A DNA stretch of 64,000 nucleotides from a virus (Duplodnaviria; Caudoviricetes), in IMG/VR virus record IMGVR_UViG_3300021256_000072, positions 1-64,000 of that record. One strand, written 5' to 3'. The notes below the pieces were generated by a model that worked only from the letters and a program-made list of their open reading frames with translations, was not told the DNA's origin and searched no databases. This document shows, in pieces, positions 9,816 to 19,360 of the stretch. The position numbers and the translations under genes are program-made. The number at the start of each line of letters is the position of its first letter. The first letter of the stretch is position 1.

Positions 9816-10106
9816 ATGAAACCAAAAAATCCATATAAAGATTGCGAACAATATTCTCGCATGCAAGGCTGGGACGAAGGGTATGAAGCCTGTGCTAACC
9901 AACCTATCTCAGAACAAGAAGGATGGATTGATTTTAATTCTCAACATCCAACAGAAGACGGATATTACCTTGTAGAAACACCAGATTTTTACAAGAACTG
10001 CGAATTCATAGTTGCAGAGTGGAATAATCGTGCAGAATGTTTTTACGAAGAAGCGTTTGATAATCCGATTGAAGTAAGAAAATACAAACTAATATACACA
10101 ACCTAA
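9816..10106 (+). CDS. Small hypothetical protein (DUF551-like)
   Basis: WIDFNSQHPTEDGYYLV...W pattern. Confidence 0.6.
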   Translation: MKPKNPYKDCEQYSRMQGWDEGYEACANQPISEQEGWIDFNSQHPTEDGYYLVETPDFYKNCEFIVAEWNNRAECFYEEAFDNPIEVRKYKLIYTT

Positions 10107-10111
10107 AAAAG

Positions 10112-10555
10112 ATGATGAAACAAGAGGATAAACAATTATTATTGAAAGACCTTTGTTCAAGGTTGTCTTATGGGGTTAAAGTTCAAGTCTGTAATGCAAC
10201 GGAGTACACACCAATATTAAAAGGAATATTGGGTGATGATTTGTTTCTACAATTTGATTATATTACAAAACCAATAAAAAATGGAGATAGTACATATAAT
10301 CTCATTGAAGATAATATCAAACCCTATCTCCGTCCAATGTCAAGTATGACGGAGAAAGAAAGAGGTGAATATAATCGGTTCATCTTTGATTATGAATATG
10401 ATGATTATTGGAATCCTGGAAAATACAGGGATGCTGTAGAAATATATATGATGGACGAACTTATTGATTGGCTTAATGCTCATCACTTTGATTACCGCAA
10501 CCTCATAGAGCAAGGATTGGCATTACCTGCGCCAGAAGGCATGTACAAATTTTAA
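10112..10555 (+). CDS. Phage hypothetical protein
   Basis: LLLKDLCSRL.YGV...KPYLRPMSSMTE...DWLNAHHFDYR.LI motifs recalled from Bacteroidales phage proteins. Confidence 0.75.
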   Translation: MMKQEDKQLLLKDLCSRLSYGVKVQVCNATEYTPILKGILGDDLFLQFDYITKPIKNGDSTYNLIEDNIKPYLRPMSSMTEKERGEYNRFIFDYEYDDYWNPGKYRDAVEIYMMDELIDWLNAHHFDYRNLIEQGLALPAPEGMYKF

Positions 10556-10576
10556 ATCGTTAAAGTAAAAAAAAAG

Positions 10577-11830
10577 ATGAAACAAGAAGATAAAATGAGT
10601 AAAACAAAATTAGTGCCTTTTGATATTGAAAGAGCAAAGAACGGGGCCAAAGTGGTTACCCGAAAAGGACTACCTGCGAGAATAGTGGATTATCCTATAA
10701 AAAACGAGATTTACCCAATTTTAGGTCTTATACTAGTTGATGGTAAAGAATTTCCTTTGCTTTTCACAAAGACTGGAAATCAGTATAAAAATTGTACAGA
10801 AAGCCGTTATGACCTCTTTATAGAAGAAGAGGGTGTTGAAAGCCAAAAGAACTCACTCAACTTAAAAAGCAAGAAGAACAAGAAGCCTATCAATAATATT
10901 AAGCCTAAATTCAAGGTAGGCGACTATATTGTTAATGACTCTGTTAATATGAAGGGGAGAATAGTCAAAATTACCGATCATTCTTATCAATTCAGCACTG
11001 GGCAGGGCATTCCTTTTGAAGATAATAGGACTCGTTTATGGGAGGTCGCTAAAGATGCGAAGCCCGGAGATGTCCTTGCCTCAGAGTATTGGGACGACAT
11101 TCTTATTTTTAAGCAAATAGATGATCGGGTCGGGTTCTCATCCTATTATAACATAAACCAGAAAAGAGACAATAGTTGGGTTAATGACTATTTTCAACCA
11201 GCTACTAAAAAACAGCGTAAACAGTTATTCCAAAAAATGAAAGAAGAAGGGTATGAATGGGATCCTGTCAAGAAAGAGTTAAAGAAGATCGAGAATGAAG
11301 CTGTTACCAAGACTGAAACCCGTTCTTCTTGGACTCTTCTAGACGCAAAGCCTGGAGATGTCCTTGCTTCAAAGGATGGGTACGATATTCTTATTTTTAA
11401 AGAAATAAATAATAGTATGTCTTTTTCATCTTATTATAACATACTACAGAAACCAAACAAGAATTGGGTTAAGAATAATGAATCATTTCAACCAGCTACT
11501 AAAGAACAGCGTGACTTTTTATTCCGAAGAATGAAAGAAGCAGGTTATCAATGGGATAAAGAGAAGAAAGAGTTGAAGAAGATTAAAATTGGTAACGTTA
11601 AAAAGGGAGTCAAAAAACGTAGAATGACTAACCAAGAGTTGTCCTGGTGGTTACGAGACTGTCCTGAAGAACACAGAGAATATTCTATTAAAGGGGTATA
11701 TCATATCCATTCCTCCCATGATTATTTTAACGGTGATGATTTTTCTAATAATGCTGATAGGAAAGTTGATGACGACATTCTCATCCGAAGAAATGGAGGG
11801 GAATGGGAAGAACCGTTAATAGAAGAGTGA
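10577..11830 (+). CDS. Modular phage hypothetical protein with internal duplication
   Basis: Two copies of DAKPGDVLAS...DILIFK...SSYYNI...FQPATKxQR..LF..MKExGYxWD..KKELKKI. Confidence 0.8.
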   Translation: MKQEDKMSKTKLVPFDIERAKNGAKVVTRKGLPARIVDYPIKNEIYPILGLILVDGKEFPLLFTKTGNQYKNCTESRYDLFIEEEGVESQKNSLNLKSKKNKKPINNIKPKFKVGDYIVNDSVNMKGRIVKITDHSYQFSTGQGIPFEDNRTRLWEVAKDAKPGDVLASEYWDDILIFKQIDDRVGFSSYYNINQKRDNSWVNDYFQPATKKQRKQLFQKMKEEGYEWDPVKKELKKIENEAVTKTETRSSWTLLDAKPGDVLASKDGYDILIFKEINNSMSFSSYYNILQKPNKNWVKNNESFQPATKEQRDFLFRRMKEAGYQWDKEKKELKKIKIGNVKKGVKKRRMTNQELSWWLRDCPEEHREYSIKGVYHIHSSHDYFNGDDFSNNADRKVDDDILIRRNGGEWEEPLIEE

Positions 11831-11884
11831 ATAGAAAAAACAAATTTATAGAGAATATTTCGGAGATTAAAACAATGAAAAATC

Positions 11885-12061
11885 ATGGCAGTAAAATACC
11901 ACATTAACATAGACATCTACGATGATGGCGACACAACTATCTTTGTAGAGAAAACTAACTTTAGTAGTTATAACTCTCAAATCCCTTTAGAACATTTCAG
12001 CGCAAAGACTCAAGAGTACATAAAGAAAAAAGTACAAGAAGCCCTTGAAGAACAAGAATAA
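11885..12061 (+). CDS. 58-aa hypothetical protein (not in ORF track)
   Basis: Manual translation MAVKYHINIDIYDDGDTTIFVE...EALEEQE*; fills the gap between co-oriented genes. Confidence 0.55.
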   Translation: MAVKYHINIDIYDDGDTTIFVEKTNFSSYNSQIPLEHFSAKTQEYIKKKVQEALEEQE

Positions 12062-12080
12062 CAACTAATTTATATAAAAT

Positions 12081-12455
12081 ATGAAAGTAAAAGAATTTAT
12101 TGAATTTGTTAATAACGCAATTGACACTGCAACAGCTAAAATAGAAAGCGATGAAGATTACTATTATGAATCTGGAGGATTGTATACTTTAGATGATTTT
12201 GAAGAGCTTATTGAAAATTCTACCGAATGCAATGGTGTTGAAAAAGTTGCCAGTGAGCTTGAAATTGAAATCGAAGAATTTCACAGCTGTGCAACGGATG
12301 TTTATAAGTGTGAGGATGGCTATGTGGGTATACATGCTGGACTGACAATAGATGAATTGGCGTATTGGGACAGAATAAATCCTGATATTACAGTTTCAGA
12401 ATATGAAGAGGTACAAATAGTAACTTATAAACCAAAGAAATGCCAATCTTTATAG
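12081..12455 (+). CDS. Acidic hypothetical protein
   Basis: 124-aa ORF, strongly D/E-rich. Confidence 0.7.
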   Translation: MKVKEFIEFVNNAIDTATAKIESDEDYYYESGGLYTLDDFEELIENSTECNGVEKVASELEIEIEEFHSCATDVYKCEDGYVGIHAGLTIDELAYWDRINPDITVSEYEEVQIVTYKPKKCQSL

Positions 12456-12559
12456 TAGCCATACTGTGGTTTATATGTACGTTCTATGGAGTATCACTTC
12501 ATACAGCAGTAATTATAGCAATCTCCCTTGTAGTACTTGCAGCTATTTTGGGAGTGTAG
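12440..12559 (+). CDS. 39-aa hydrophobic membrane peptide (not in ORF track)
   Basis: Manual translation MPIFIVAILWFICTFYGVSLHTAVIIAISLVVLAAILGV*. Confidence 0.5.
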   Translation: MPIFIVAILWFICTFYGVSLHTAVIIAISLVVLAAILGV

Positions 12560-12601
12560 ACTAATAAAAGATGAAAATTTAATAACTAATTAGGAAGAGT
12601 T

Positions 12602-12979
12602 ATGAAAACAATTTTAATTATTCTAATAGCTATAATAGCTTTAATTATTCCATTCATTATAGTCTATCTTGCAACCCACTGGAAGAGATTAATTTGGGAA
12701 AGGGAAAACAAGAAAAGAATTTTTCGTATAAGAACGGATGGAAACCATTGGTCAAAAGACAAACCTTTGTGGGTAGTTGAAAAACGATTTCTTTGGTTCT
12801 TTGTTGATTGCTCTGAGATTCTTAACAAAAGCCACTTCTTTACATATGAAGAAGCTATAAAAGCTCTTTCTGAGTATCAGCAAAAACTTGACAAAAAGCA
12901 AAATCCTGAGAGAGTTACATTGTCAATTATGCACAATTTATCTCAGACTCAACAAGACAGATCGAAAGCAAAAATTTAG
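12602..12979 (+). CDS. Membrane-anchored hypothetical protein
   Basis: N-terminal hydrophobic helix; VEKRFLWFF motif. Confidence 0.7.
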   Translation: MKTILIILIAIIALIIPFIIVYLATHWKRLIWERENKKRIFRIRTDGNHWSKDKPLWVVEKRFLWFFVDCSEILNKSHFFTYEEAIKALSEYQQKLDKKQNPERVTLSIMHNLSQTQQDRSKAKI

Positions 12980-13001
12980 AAACTAAAAGAATCAAACAAA
13001 T

Positions 13002-13307
13002 ATGAAGATACTTTACCTGCCACTTAAAAAGGAGTGGTACCTCATGATCGAAAGCGGAGAGAAAACAGAAGAATATAGAGAAGTCAAAGCTTATTGGGCG
13101 AAGAGACTTTTTGCCCCAGGTTTACAAGACTCTTCTAAAGGCTTTAATTTTAAAACTTTTGATGCAGTCACTTTTTCTTATGGATATACAAAGCGTACAA
13201 TGACGTTTGAATGTAAGGGAATTGAGATTGGCAAAGGTAAACCAGAATGGGGAGCACCTGAAGAAGCAGAAGTTTTCATCATAAAATTAGGAAAGAGAAT
13301 AGGATGA
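13002..13307 (+). CDS. ASCH domain protein
   Basis: LPLKKEWYLMIESGEKTEEYRE (GxKxxExR) and GKPEWGA motifs. Confidence 0.8.
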   Translation: MKILYLPLKKEWYLMIESGEKTEEYREVKAYWAKRLFAPGLQDSSKGFNFKTFDAVTFSYGYTKRTMTFECKGIEIGKGKPEWGAPEEAEVFIIKLGKRIG

Positions 13308-13624
13308 AAAAACGACAAATGATTAAGATAGTCGGCCCACAAGGTGAAGACCGTGTTGACACCCCGTATAAGTGCAAGCAATTTAATTGTTATGCTCAAG
13401 CTCTAAAGTGTCCAACATTCTATAATATGATGCGAATACATCTAAAATTAGTAAACCTTTGTTGTAGCACATCTTTCAGGATGACATACAGACTATTCAA
13501 GAAGGAGCGTAGAAAACGACGTGAACTTCAAAAGAGTCTAAAGAAGGTCATAAATTACTTAGTTAAGGATTATGTTGAACAGAATAACGATATGATAGGA
13601 GGGAAGAAATGTGGGATAAATTAG
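13304..13624 (+). CDS. Basic hypothetical protein
   Basis: ATGA overlap with the upstream gene. Confidence 0.55.
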   Translation: MKKRQMIKIVGPQGEDRVDTPYKCKQFNCYAQALKCPTFYNMMRIHLKLVNLCCSTSFRMTYRLFKKERRKRRELQKSLKKVINYLVKDYVEQNNDMIGGKKCGIN

Positions 13625-13857
13625 GCAATGTTTTAAATATTGGGGATTATGTAGCTTTTACGTGGTTGCATACAGATAATGATGGATGTGTGCGACCAAT
13701 GATAGATATTGCTCCAATTAAAGAAATTTGCGATGTACTATTGTTAGTATCATTAGACGTTACCGATCTAAATATTGACGAAATCGGTTATACTAATTGG
13801 TTTAGTGATAACGAAATTATTTTAGTCAGAAGAAAAGAAAAGGAGGTCGAGGTATGA
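13609..13857 (+). CDS. Small hypothetical protein
   Basis: DKLGNVLNIGDYVAF start typical of small SH3-like phage proteins. Confidence 0.6.
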   Translation: MWDKLGNVLNIGDYVAFTWLHTDNDGCVRPMIDIAPIKEICDVLLLVSLDVTDLNIDEIGYTNWFSDNEIILVRRKEKEVEV

Positions 13858-14684
13858 TTTTTATAAAGAACGCATTAGTTGTAATATTTGTAATACTTGG
13901 AGTAGTTTTCTTACTTCTTTGTCTTTATACGTTTTTAGAAGAGTATATGGCTCCACCTAAAAGGAGTTATAAGTTTAAGATTGAATACGATGAGAAAGCA
14001 AAAAGGTTTATACTATTACAAAAGCGCAGATTAATTGGATGGTATACGTATAAAGATACATTCAAAACAAAAGAAGACACTGAATATTACATGTACCAAA
14101 TCGTAAGGCGATACGCTGAGGAAGACGAGATGAAAAGACAAGAGCAGTTTTACGACATTAATCCGATTAAAGATAGCTCACGACTTATTGAAAACAAATC
14201 AAATTATAATTATCATCCAAAAACAACAAGAGAATTAAAAGATCTAATCGAAAAGCTAATTGAAGAAAGGGGAATTGGGGCGGATTTGAATGATGTTGAC
14301 GTTTCCCAAATTAAAGATATGAGAAAATTATTTTATGGGTCTAAGTTTAGTGGAGATATCTCTAATTGGGATGTTAGTAGGGTTGAGAATATGGGAGGAA
14401 TGTTTGAAGGTTCTAAATTTAATGGGGATATCTCTAAATGGGATGTTAGTGAAGTGAAGAATATGAGGAGTATGTTTTATAATTCTCAATTCAATGGAGA
14501 TATCTCAAAATGGAATGTTAGGAAAGTGGAGGATATGTATGGGATGTTCCAATATTCTCAATTTAATGGAGATATCTCTAATTGGAATGTTAGTAATGTG
14601 AAGAATATGGAAATGATATTTCAGCATTCTAAATTCAATGGGGATATTTCTAAATGGGCTAATAAACCGTTTTATTTACCTTAA
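13854..14684 (+). CDS. Membrane-anchored fusion: TM domain plus DUF285 repeats (5 units)
   Basis: First ~115 aa are paralogous to 14771..15139; NYNYHPKT N-cap and repeats follow. Confidence 0.85.
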   Translation: MIFIKNALVVIFVILGVVFLLLCLYTFLEEYMAPPKRSYKFKIEYDEKAKRFILLQKRRLIGWYTYKDTFKTKEDTEYYMYQIVRRYAEEDEMKRQEQFYDINPIKDSSRLIENKSNYNYHPKTTRELKDLIEKLIEERGIGADLNDVDVSQIKDMRKLFYGSKFSGDISNWDVSRVENMGGMFEGSKFNGDISKWDVSEVKNMRSMFYNSQFNGDISKWNVRKVEDMYGMFQYSQFNGDISNWNVSNVKNMEMIFQHSKFNGDISKWANKPFYLP

Positions 14685-14770
14685 AAGAAAAGACCCAGAT
14701 GTTGAACATAAACAGCACAATGAAAAATGGTATCATACAAACAATGTAACAGAGAAGAGGAGGTCGGGGT

Positions 14771-15139
14771 ATGATTTTTGTTATTGCATTTTTCCACGCA
14801 TTATTTATAGTACTTGGAGTAGTTTTCTTATTTCTTTTGATTTGGTGGTTTTTAGGAGATTGGGTTACAGCTCCACCTAAAAGGAGTTATAAGTTTAAGA
14901 TTGAATACGATGAAGAATTGGGGAAGTATGTACTATTGCAAAAACGTATGCTTGGATGGTGGTATACGTATAAAGATAAATTTGAGACGAAAGAGAGAGC
15001 CGAACGTTACATGCACCAAATCCTAATACGATATGCTGAGGATGACGAGAAGAAAGGAAAGGAGCAGTTTTACGAATTTACTCCGATCAAAGATAGATCA
15101 CGGCTTCTTGAAAACAAACCGAACGACAAAGCTGATTAA
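14771..15139 (+). CDS. Membrane-anchored hypothetical protein
   Basis: N-terminal TM helix; APPKRSYKFKIEYDE shared with 13854. Confidence 0.75.
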   Translation: MIFVIAFFHALFIVLGVVFLFLLIWWFLGDWVTAPPKRSYKFKIEYDEELGKYVLLQKRMLGWWYTYKDKFETKERAERYMHQILIRYAEDDEKKGKEQFYEFTPIKDRSRLLENKPNDKAD

Positions 15140-15200
15140 GGAGATGTTCTGTTTAAAATGAAGGTACATAAAGATTGTATAATTTTTGTTAAAAGAGAAA

Positions 15201-15419
15201 ATGAAGAAACGATTAAGAAAGAAAGCACAGAATTCTATGTGTTCTTACAGTTACCTAATTGAAAATGAATGCTCTGGTACTGAAGAATATTGCAGATTCA
15301 CAGGGAAATTATGCCGTTCATATGTATGCAAGAGATTCAAAGTGCCGCCCAAAGATATCACTGAATCACAGATAATTAGAGAGGCTTTTAAAGCACTTGA
15401 AAGAAGGAGAGAAATATAA
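15201..15419 (+). CDS. Small Cys-rich basic protein
   Basis: Five Cys; ATG 15201 preferred over TTG 15186. Confidence 0.55.
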   Translation: MKKRLRKKAQNSMCSYSYLIENECSGTEEYCRFTGKLCRSYVCKRFKVPPKDITESQIIREAFKALERRREI

Positions 15420-15430
15420 AAATTCTTATT

Positions 15431-15829
15431 ATGACAGAAAAAGAAGCAGAGGATTTATGTAGAATGGTAAGGATAGGGGTAGATTTGAGTCCTAAGTATA
15501 ATTATCATCCAAAAACAAAAGAGGAATTAAAAGATCTAATTGAGGAACTGATTGAAAAAAGAGGAAATGAAGCAGATTTGAATGATGTTGATGTTTCCCA
15601 AATTAAAGATATGAGTTATTTATTCTGGTATTCTCAATTTAACGGGAATATTTCAAGATGGAATGTTAGTAGAGTGAAGAGCATGGAAGGAATGTTTGCC
15701 AATTCTCAATTTAATGGGGATATTTCTAATTGGGATGTTAGGAATGTTGAGAATATGTTTGATATGTTTTTTAATTCCAAATTTGAAAGAGGTATCTCTA
15801 AATGGGCCAAGAAACCAACTTTATTTTAA
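15431..15829 (+). CDS. DUF285/BspA-type repeat protein (3 units)
   Basis: Leader, N-cap, repeats, KWAKKPTLF end. Confidence 0.9.
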   Translation: MTEKEAEDLCRMVRIGVDLSPKYNYHPKTKEELKDLIEELIEKRGNEADLNDVDVSQIKDMSYLFWYSQFNGNISRWNVSRVKSMEGMFANSQFNGDISNWDVRNVENMFDMFFNSKFERGISKWAKKPTLF

Positions 15830-15916
15830 AAGAAAAGACCTGGATTAATTTTAGTCTAGGTTTTTCTTTTCTCCTCAAACTCTTATTATTGAATATAAAC
15901 CTTAAATTAAACTTAT

Positions 15917-16465
15917 ATGACGTACAATTATCAACCAAAAACAAAAGAAGAATTAAAAGGCTTAATCGAAAAATTGATTAAAGAAAGAGGAAATGAAGCA
16001 GATTTGAATGATATAGATGTTTCTCAAATTACAGATATGGATGATTTATTTGCTAATTCCAAATTTAATGGAAATATCTCAGAATGGGATGTTAGTGGAG
16101 TTGAGAATATGGGTGGAATGTTTCGGGATTCTAAATTTAACGGAGATATATCTAATTGGGATGTTAGGAAAGTGTGGAATATGATTGGGATGTTTAGTTG
16201 TTCTCAATTTAATGGGGATATTTCAAATTGGGATGTTAGTAATGTGAGGAATATGAGTGGGATGTTTTCTTATTCTAAATTCAATGGGAATATCTCTAAT
16301 TGGAATGTAAATAAGGTGTTGGATACAGAATTGATGTTTCTTATGTCTCAATTTAATGGAGATATCTCTAATTGGGACGTTAGTGGGGTTGAGAAGATGA
16401 ATCATATGTTTACTAATTCTGAATTTAAAGGCGATATCTCTAAATGGGCTAAGAAACCAGAGTAA
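15917..16465 (+). CDS. DUF285/BspA-type repeat protein (6 units, no MTEKEAEDLC leader)
   Basis: Starts directly at MTYNYQPKT. Confidence 0.9.
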   Translation: MTYNYQPKTKEELKGLIEKLIKERGNEADLNDIDVSQITDMDDLFANSKFNGNISEWDVSGVENMGGMFRDSKFNGDISNWDVRKVWNMIGMFSCSQFNGDISNWDVSNVRNMSGMFSYSKFNGNISNWNVNKVLDTELMFLMSQFNGDISNWDVSGVEKMNHMFTNSEFKGDISKWAKKPE

Positions 16466-16542
16466 GAAAGAAAACCTGGATTAATTTCTGGGTTTTATTT
16501 TCTCCTCAAACTCTTATTTATGAAACCTTTAATAATTTTATT

Positions 16543-17160
16543 ATGACAATTGAGGAAGCTGAAGAGTTGTGTAAAATGGTAAAAATAGGGATGGATTTAG
16601 ATAAACCTAAGTATAATTATCATCCAAAAACAAGAGATGAATTAAAAGACCTAATCGAAGAACTAATTAAAGAAAGGGGAAATGAAGCGAATTTGAATGA
16701 TGTTGATGTTTCCCAAATTACAGATATGAGAGAATTGTTTTATGAATCTAAATTTAATGGGGACATTTCAAATTGGGACGTTAGAAAGGTGAAGATAATG
16801 AGTTATATGTTTTACGATTCCCTATTTAGTGGTGATATTTCGAAATGGAATGTTAGTAATGTTGAGGATATGGGTTTTATGTTTTACCGTTCTAAATTCA
16901 ACGGGGATATCTCAAAATGGGACGTTAGTAAAGTTGAGAGTATGTACTATATGTTTTCTCGTTCTCAATTTAATGGCGATATCTCTAATTGGGATGTTAG
17001 TGGAGTTGTAGATATGAGAGGAATGTTTGAATGTTCTCTATTTAATGGTGATATCTCAGAATGGGATGTTAGTGGGGTTAAGGAGATGAATTGGATGTTT
17101 TGGTGCTCTGAATTTAGTGGGGATATCTCAAAATGGGCTAAGAAACCGGCTCCATTTTAA
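16543..17160 (+). CDS. DUF285/BspA-type repeat protein (6 units)
   Basis: Leader, N-cap, repeats. Confidence 0.9.
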   Translation: MTIEEAEELCKMVKIGMDLDKPKYNYHPKTRDELKDLIEELIKERGNEANLNDVDVSQITDMRELFYESKFNGDISNWDVRKVKIMSYMFYDSLFSGDISKWNVSNVEDMGFMFYRSKFNGDISKWDVSKVESMYYMFSRSQFNGDISNWDVSGVVDMRGMFECSLFNGDISEWDVSGVKEMNWMFWCSEFSGDISKWAKKPAPF

Positions 17161-17242
17161 AAGAATAAACCTGGATTAATTTTAGTCTAGGTTTTTATTT
17201 TCTCCTCAAACTCTTATTTATGAAACCTTTAATAATTTTATT

Positions 17243-18355
17243 ATGACGGAAAAAGAAGCTGAAGACTTGTGTAGAATGATAAGAATAGGAGTAGATTTAA
17301 GTAAGCCTAAATATAATTATTATTCAAAAACAAAAGAGGAATTAAAAGATCTCGTTAAGGAATTAATTAAAGAGAGGGGAAATGAGGCAGATTTGAATGA
17401 TATAAACGTTTCCCAGGTTAAAGATATGAGTGGATTATTCTGGGATTCTCAATTCAATGGAAATATTTCAAAGTGGGACGTTAGTAAAGTTGAGAATATG
17501 GATTGTATGTTTGAAAATTCTAACTTTAATGGAGATATTTCAAAATGGGACGTTAGTGGAGTTGTGAATATGGAAGATATGTTTTACAATTCTGAATTTA
17601 ATGGCGATATCTCTAAATGGAATGTTAGTAGAGTGAAAAGGATGAGTGGGATGTTCCGAGAGTCTCAATTCGATGGTGATATCTCGAAATGGGACGTTAG
17701 CAGAGTTGAGTGTATGGGTGTGATGTTTTGTGAATCTCAGTTTAATGGAGATATCTCTAATTGGGTTGTTAGTAAGGTGAAGAACATGGGGTGTATGTTT
17801 TATTATTCTAAATTCAGTGGGAATATTTCTAATTGGGATGTTAGGGGAGTTGTGAATATGAATAACATGTTTGAAGGTTCTAAATTTAATGGGGATATTT
17901 CGAATTGGGATGTTAGTAGGGTGGAGAGTATGTTCGGAATGTTTCAAAGTTCTAAATTCAATGGGGATATCTCTAAATGGAATGTTAGTAAGGTTGAGAA
18001 TATGAGTTATATGTTTTGTGAGTCTGAATTCAACGGAGATATTTCAAAATGGGATGTTAGTAAGGTGAAGGATATGAGTGAAATGTTCAAATACTCTAAA
18101 TTTAATGGAGATATCTCGAAGTGGAATGTTAGTAAGGTTGTAACTATGGGAGAAATGTTTTATGGCTCTCAATTTAATGGCGATATCTCAAAATGGGACG
18201 TTAGTAATGTGAAAGATATGAAGTGGATGTTTGCTCTTTCCCAATTTAATGGTGATGTTTCTAAATGGGATGTTAGTAAGGTGAAGAATATGATCCGTAT
18301 GTTTTATGGCTCTCAATTTAATGGAGATATCTCTAAATGGGCTAGGAAACCATAA
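17243..18355 (+). CDS. DUF285/BspA-type repeat protein (13 units)
   Basis: Leader, N-cap, repeats. Confidence 0.9.
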   Translation: MTEKEAEDLCRMIRIGVDLSKPKYNYYSKTKEELKDLVKELIKERGNEADLNDINVSQVKDMSGLFWDSQFNGNISKWDVSKVENMDCMFENSNFNGDISKWDVSGVVNMEDMFYNSEFNGDISKWNVSRVKRMSGMFRESQFDGDISKWDVSRVECMGVMFCESQFNGDISNWVVSKVKNMGCMFYYSKFSGNISNWDVRGVVNMNNMFEGSKFNGDISNWDVSRVESMFGMFQSSKFNGDISKWNVSKVENMSYMFCESEFNGDISKWDVSKVKDMSEMFKYSKFNGDISKWNVSKVVTMGEMFYGSQFNGDISKWDVSNVKDMKWMFALSQFNGDVSKWDVSKVKNMIRMFYGSQFNGDISKWARKP

Positions 18356-18435
18356 TAAAAAGAAAGCCTGGATTAATTTCCGGGTTTTTATTTTCTCCTC
18401 AAAATCTTATTTATGAAACCTTTAATAATTTTATT

Positions 18436-19275
18436 ATGACAGAAAAAGAAGCAGAGGATTTATGTAAAATGGTAAGAATAGGAGTAGATTTAAGTAAGCC
18501 TAAATATAATAAATATAATTATCATCCAAAAACAAGAGAGGAATTAAAAGATCTAATCAACAAACTAATTGAAGAAAGGGGAAATGAGGCGGATTTGAAT
18601 GATGTTGATGTTTCCAAAATTACGAATATGAGAGAAATGTTTGCTAGATCTTATTTTAATGGAGACATTTCAGAATGGAATGTTAGTAAGGTTAAGGAGA
18701 TGGGATGGATGTTTCATGAATCTCAATTCAATGGTGATATTTCTAAGTGGAACGTTAGGAAAGTTAAAAACATGAGAGGAATGTTTTCTAGATCTCAATT
18801 TAACAGTGATATTTCAAAATGGGATGTTAGTAATGTTGAGGATATGGCAGGAGTGTTTTATAATTCCCAATTTAATGGTGATATTTCTAATTGGGATGTT
18901 AGTAGTGTTGGGGAGATGGGAGAGATGTTTCGAGGTTCTGAATTTAATGGGAATATCTCAAATTGGAATGTTAGTAAGGTGTGGAATATGGAAGGAATGT
19001 TTGCTTTTTCTGAATTTAATGGAAATATTTCGAATTGGGATGTTAGTAATGTTGAGAATATGTATGGAATGTTTTGGTATTCTAAATTCAATGGTAATAT
19101 TTCTAGCTGGGATGTTAGTAGGGTGAAGGATATGGGTGGGATGTTTGGTTATTCTAAATTCAATAGTGATATTTCTAATTGGGATGTTAGTGGAGTGAAG
19201 GATATGAGAGGAATGTTTTATTGTTCTAAATTCAACGGAGATATTTCTAAATGGGCCAAGAAACCGACAGAATAA
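18436..19275 (+). CDS. DUF285/BspA-type repeat protein (9 units)
   Basis: Leader, N-cap, repeats. Confidence 0.9.
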   Translation: MTEKEAEDLCKMVRIGVDLSKPKYNKYNYHPKTREELKDLINKLIEERGNEADLNDVDVSKITNMREMFARSYFNGDISEWNVSKVKEMGWMFHESQFNGDISKWNVRKVKNMRGMFSRSQFNSDISKWDVSNVEDMAGVFYNSQFNGDISNWDVSSVGEMGEMFRGSEFNGNISNWNVSKVWNMEGMFAFSEFNGNISNWDVSNVENMYGMFWYSKFNGNISSWDVSRVKDMGGMFGYSKFNSDISNWDVSGVKDMRGMFYCSKFNGDISKWAKKPTE

Positions 19276-19360
19276 AAAAAAGAATAAGCCTAGATTAATT
19301 TTAGTCTAGGTTTTTATTTCCCCTCAAAATCTTATTTATGAAACCTTTAATAATTTTATT

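Noticed and set aside
14638-14880. 80-aa ORF bridging the fusion gene and its paralog
   Set aside because: Overlaps both neighbours out of frame and crosses a rearrangement scar.
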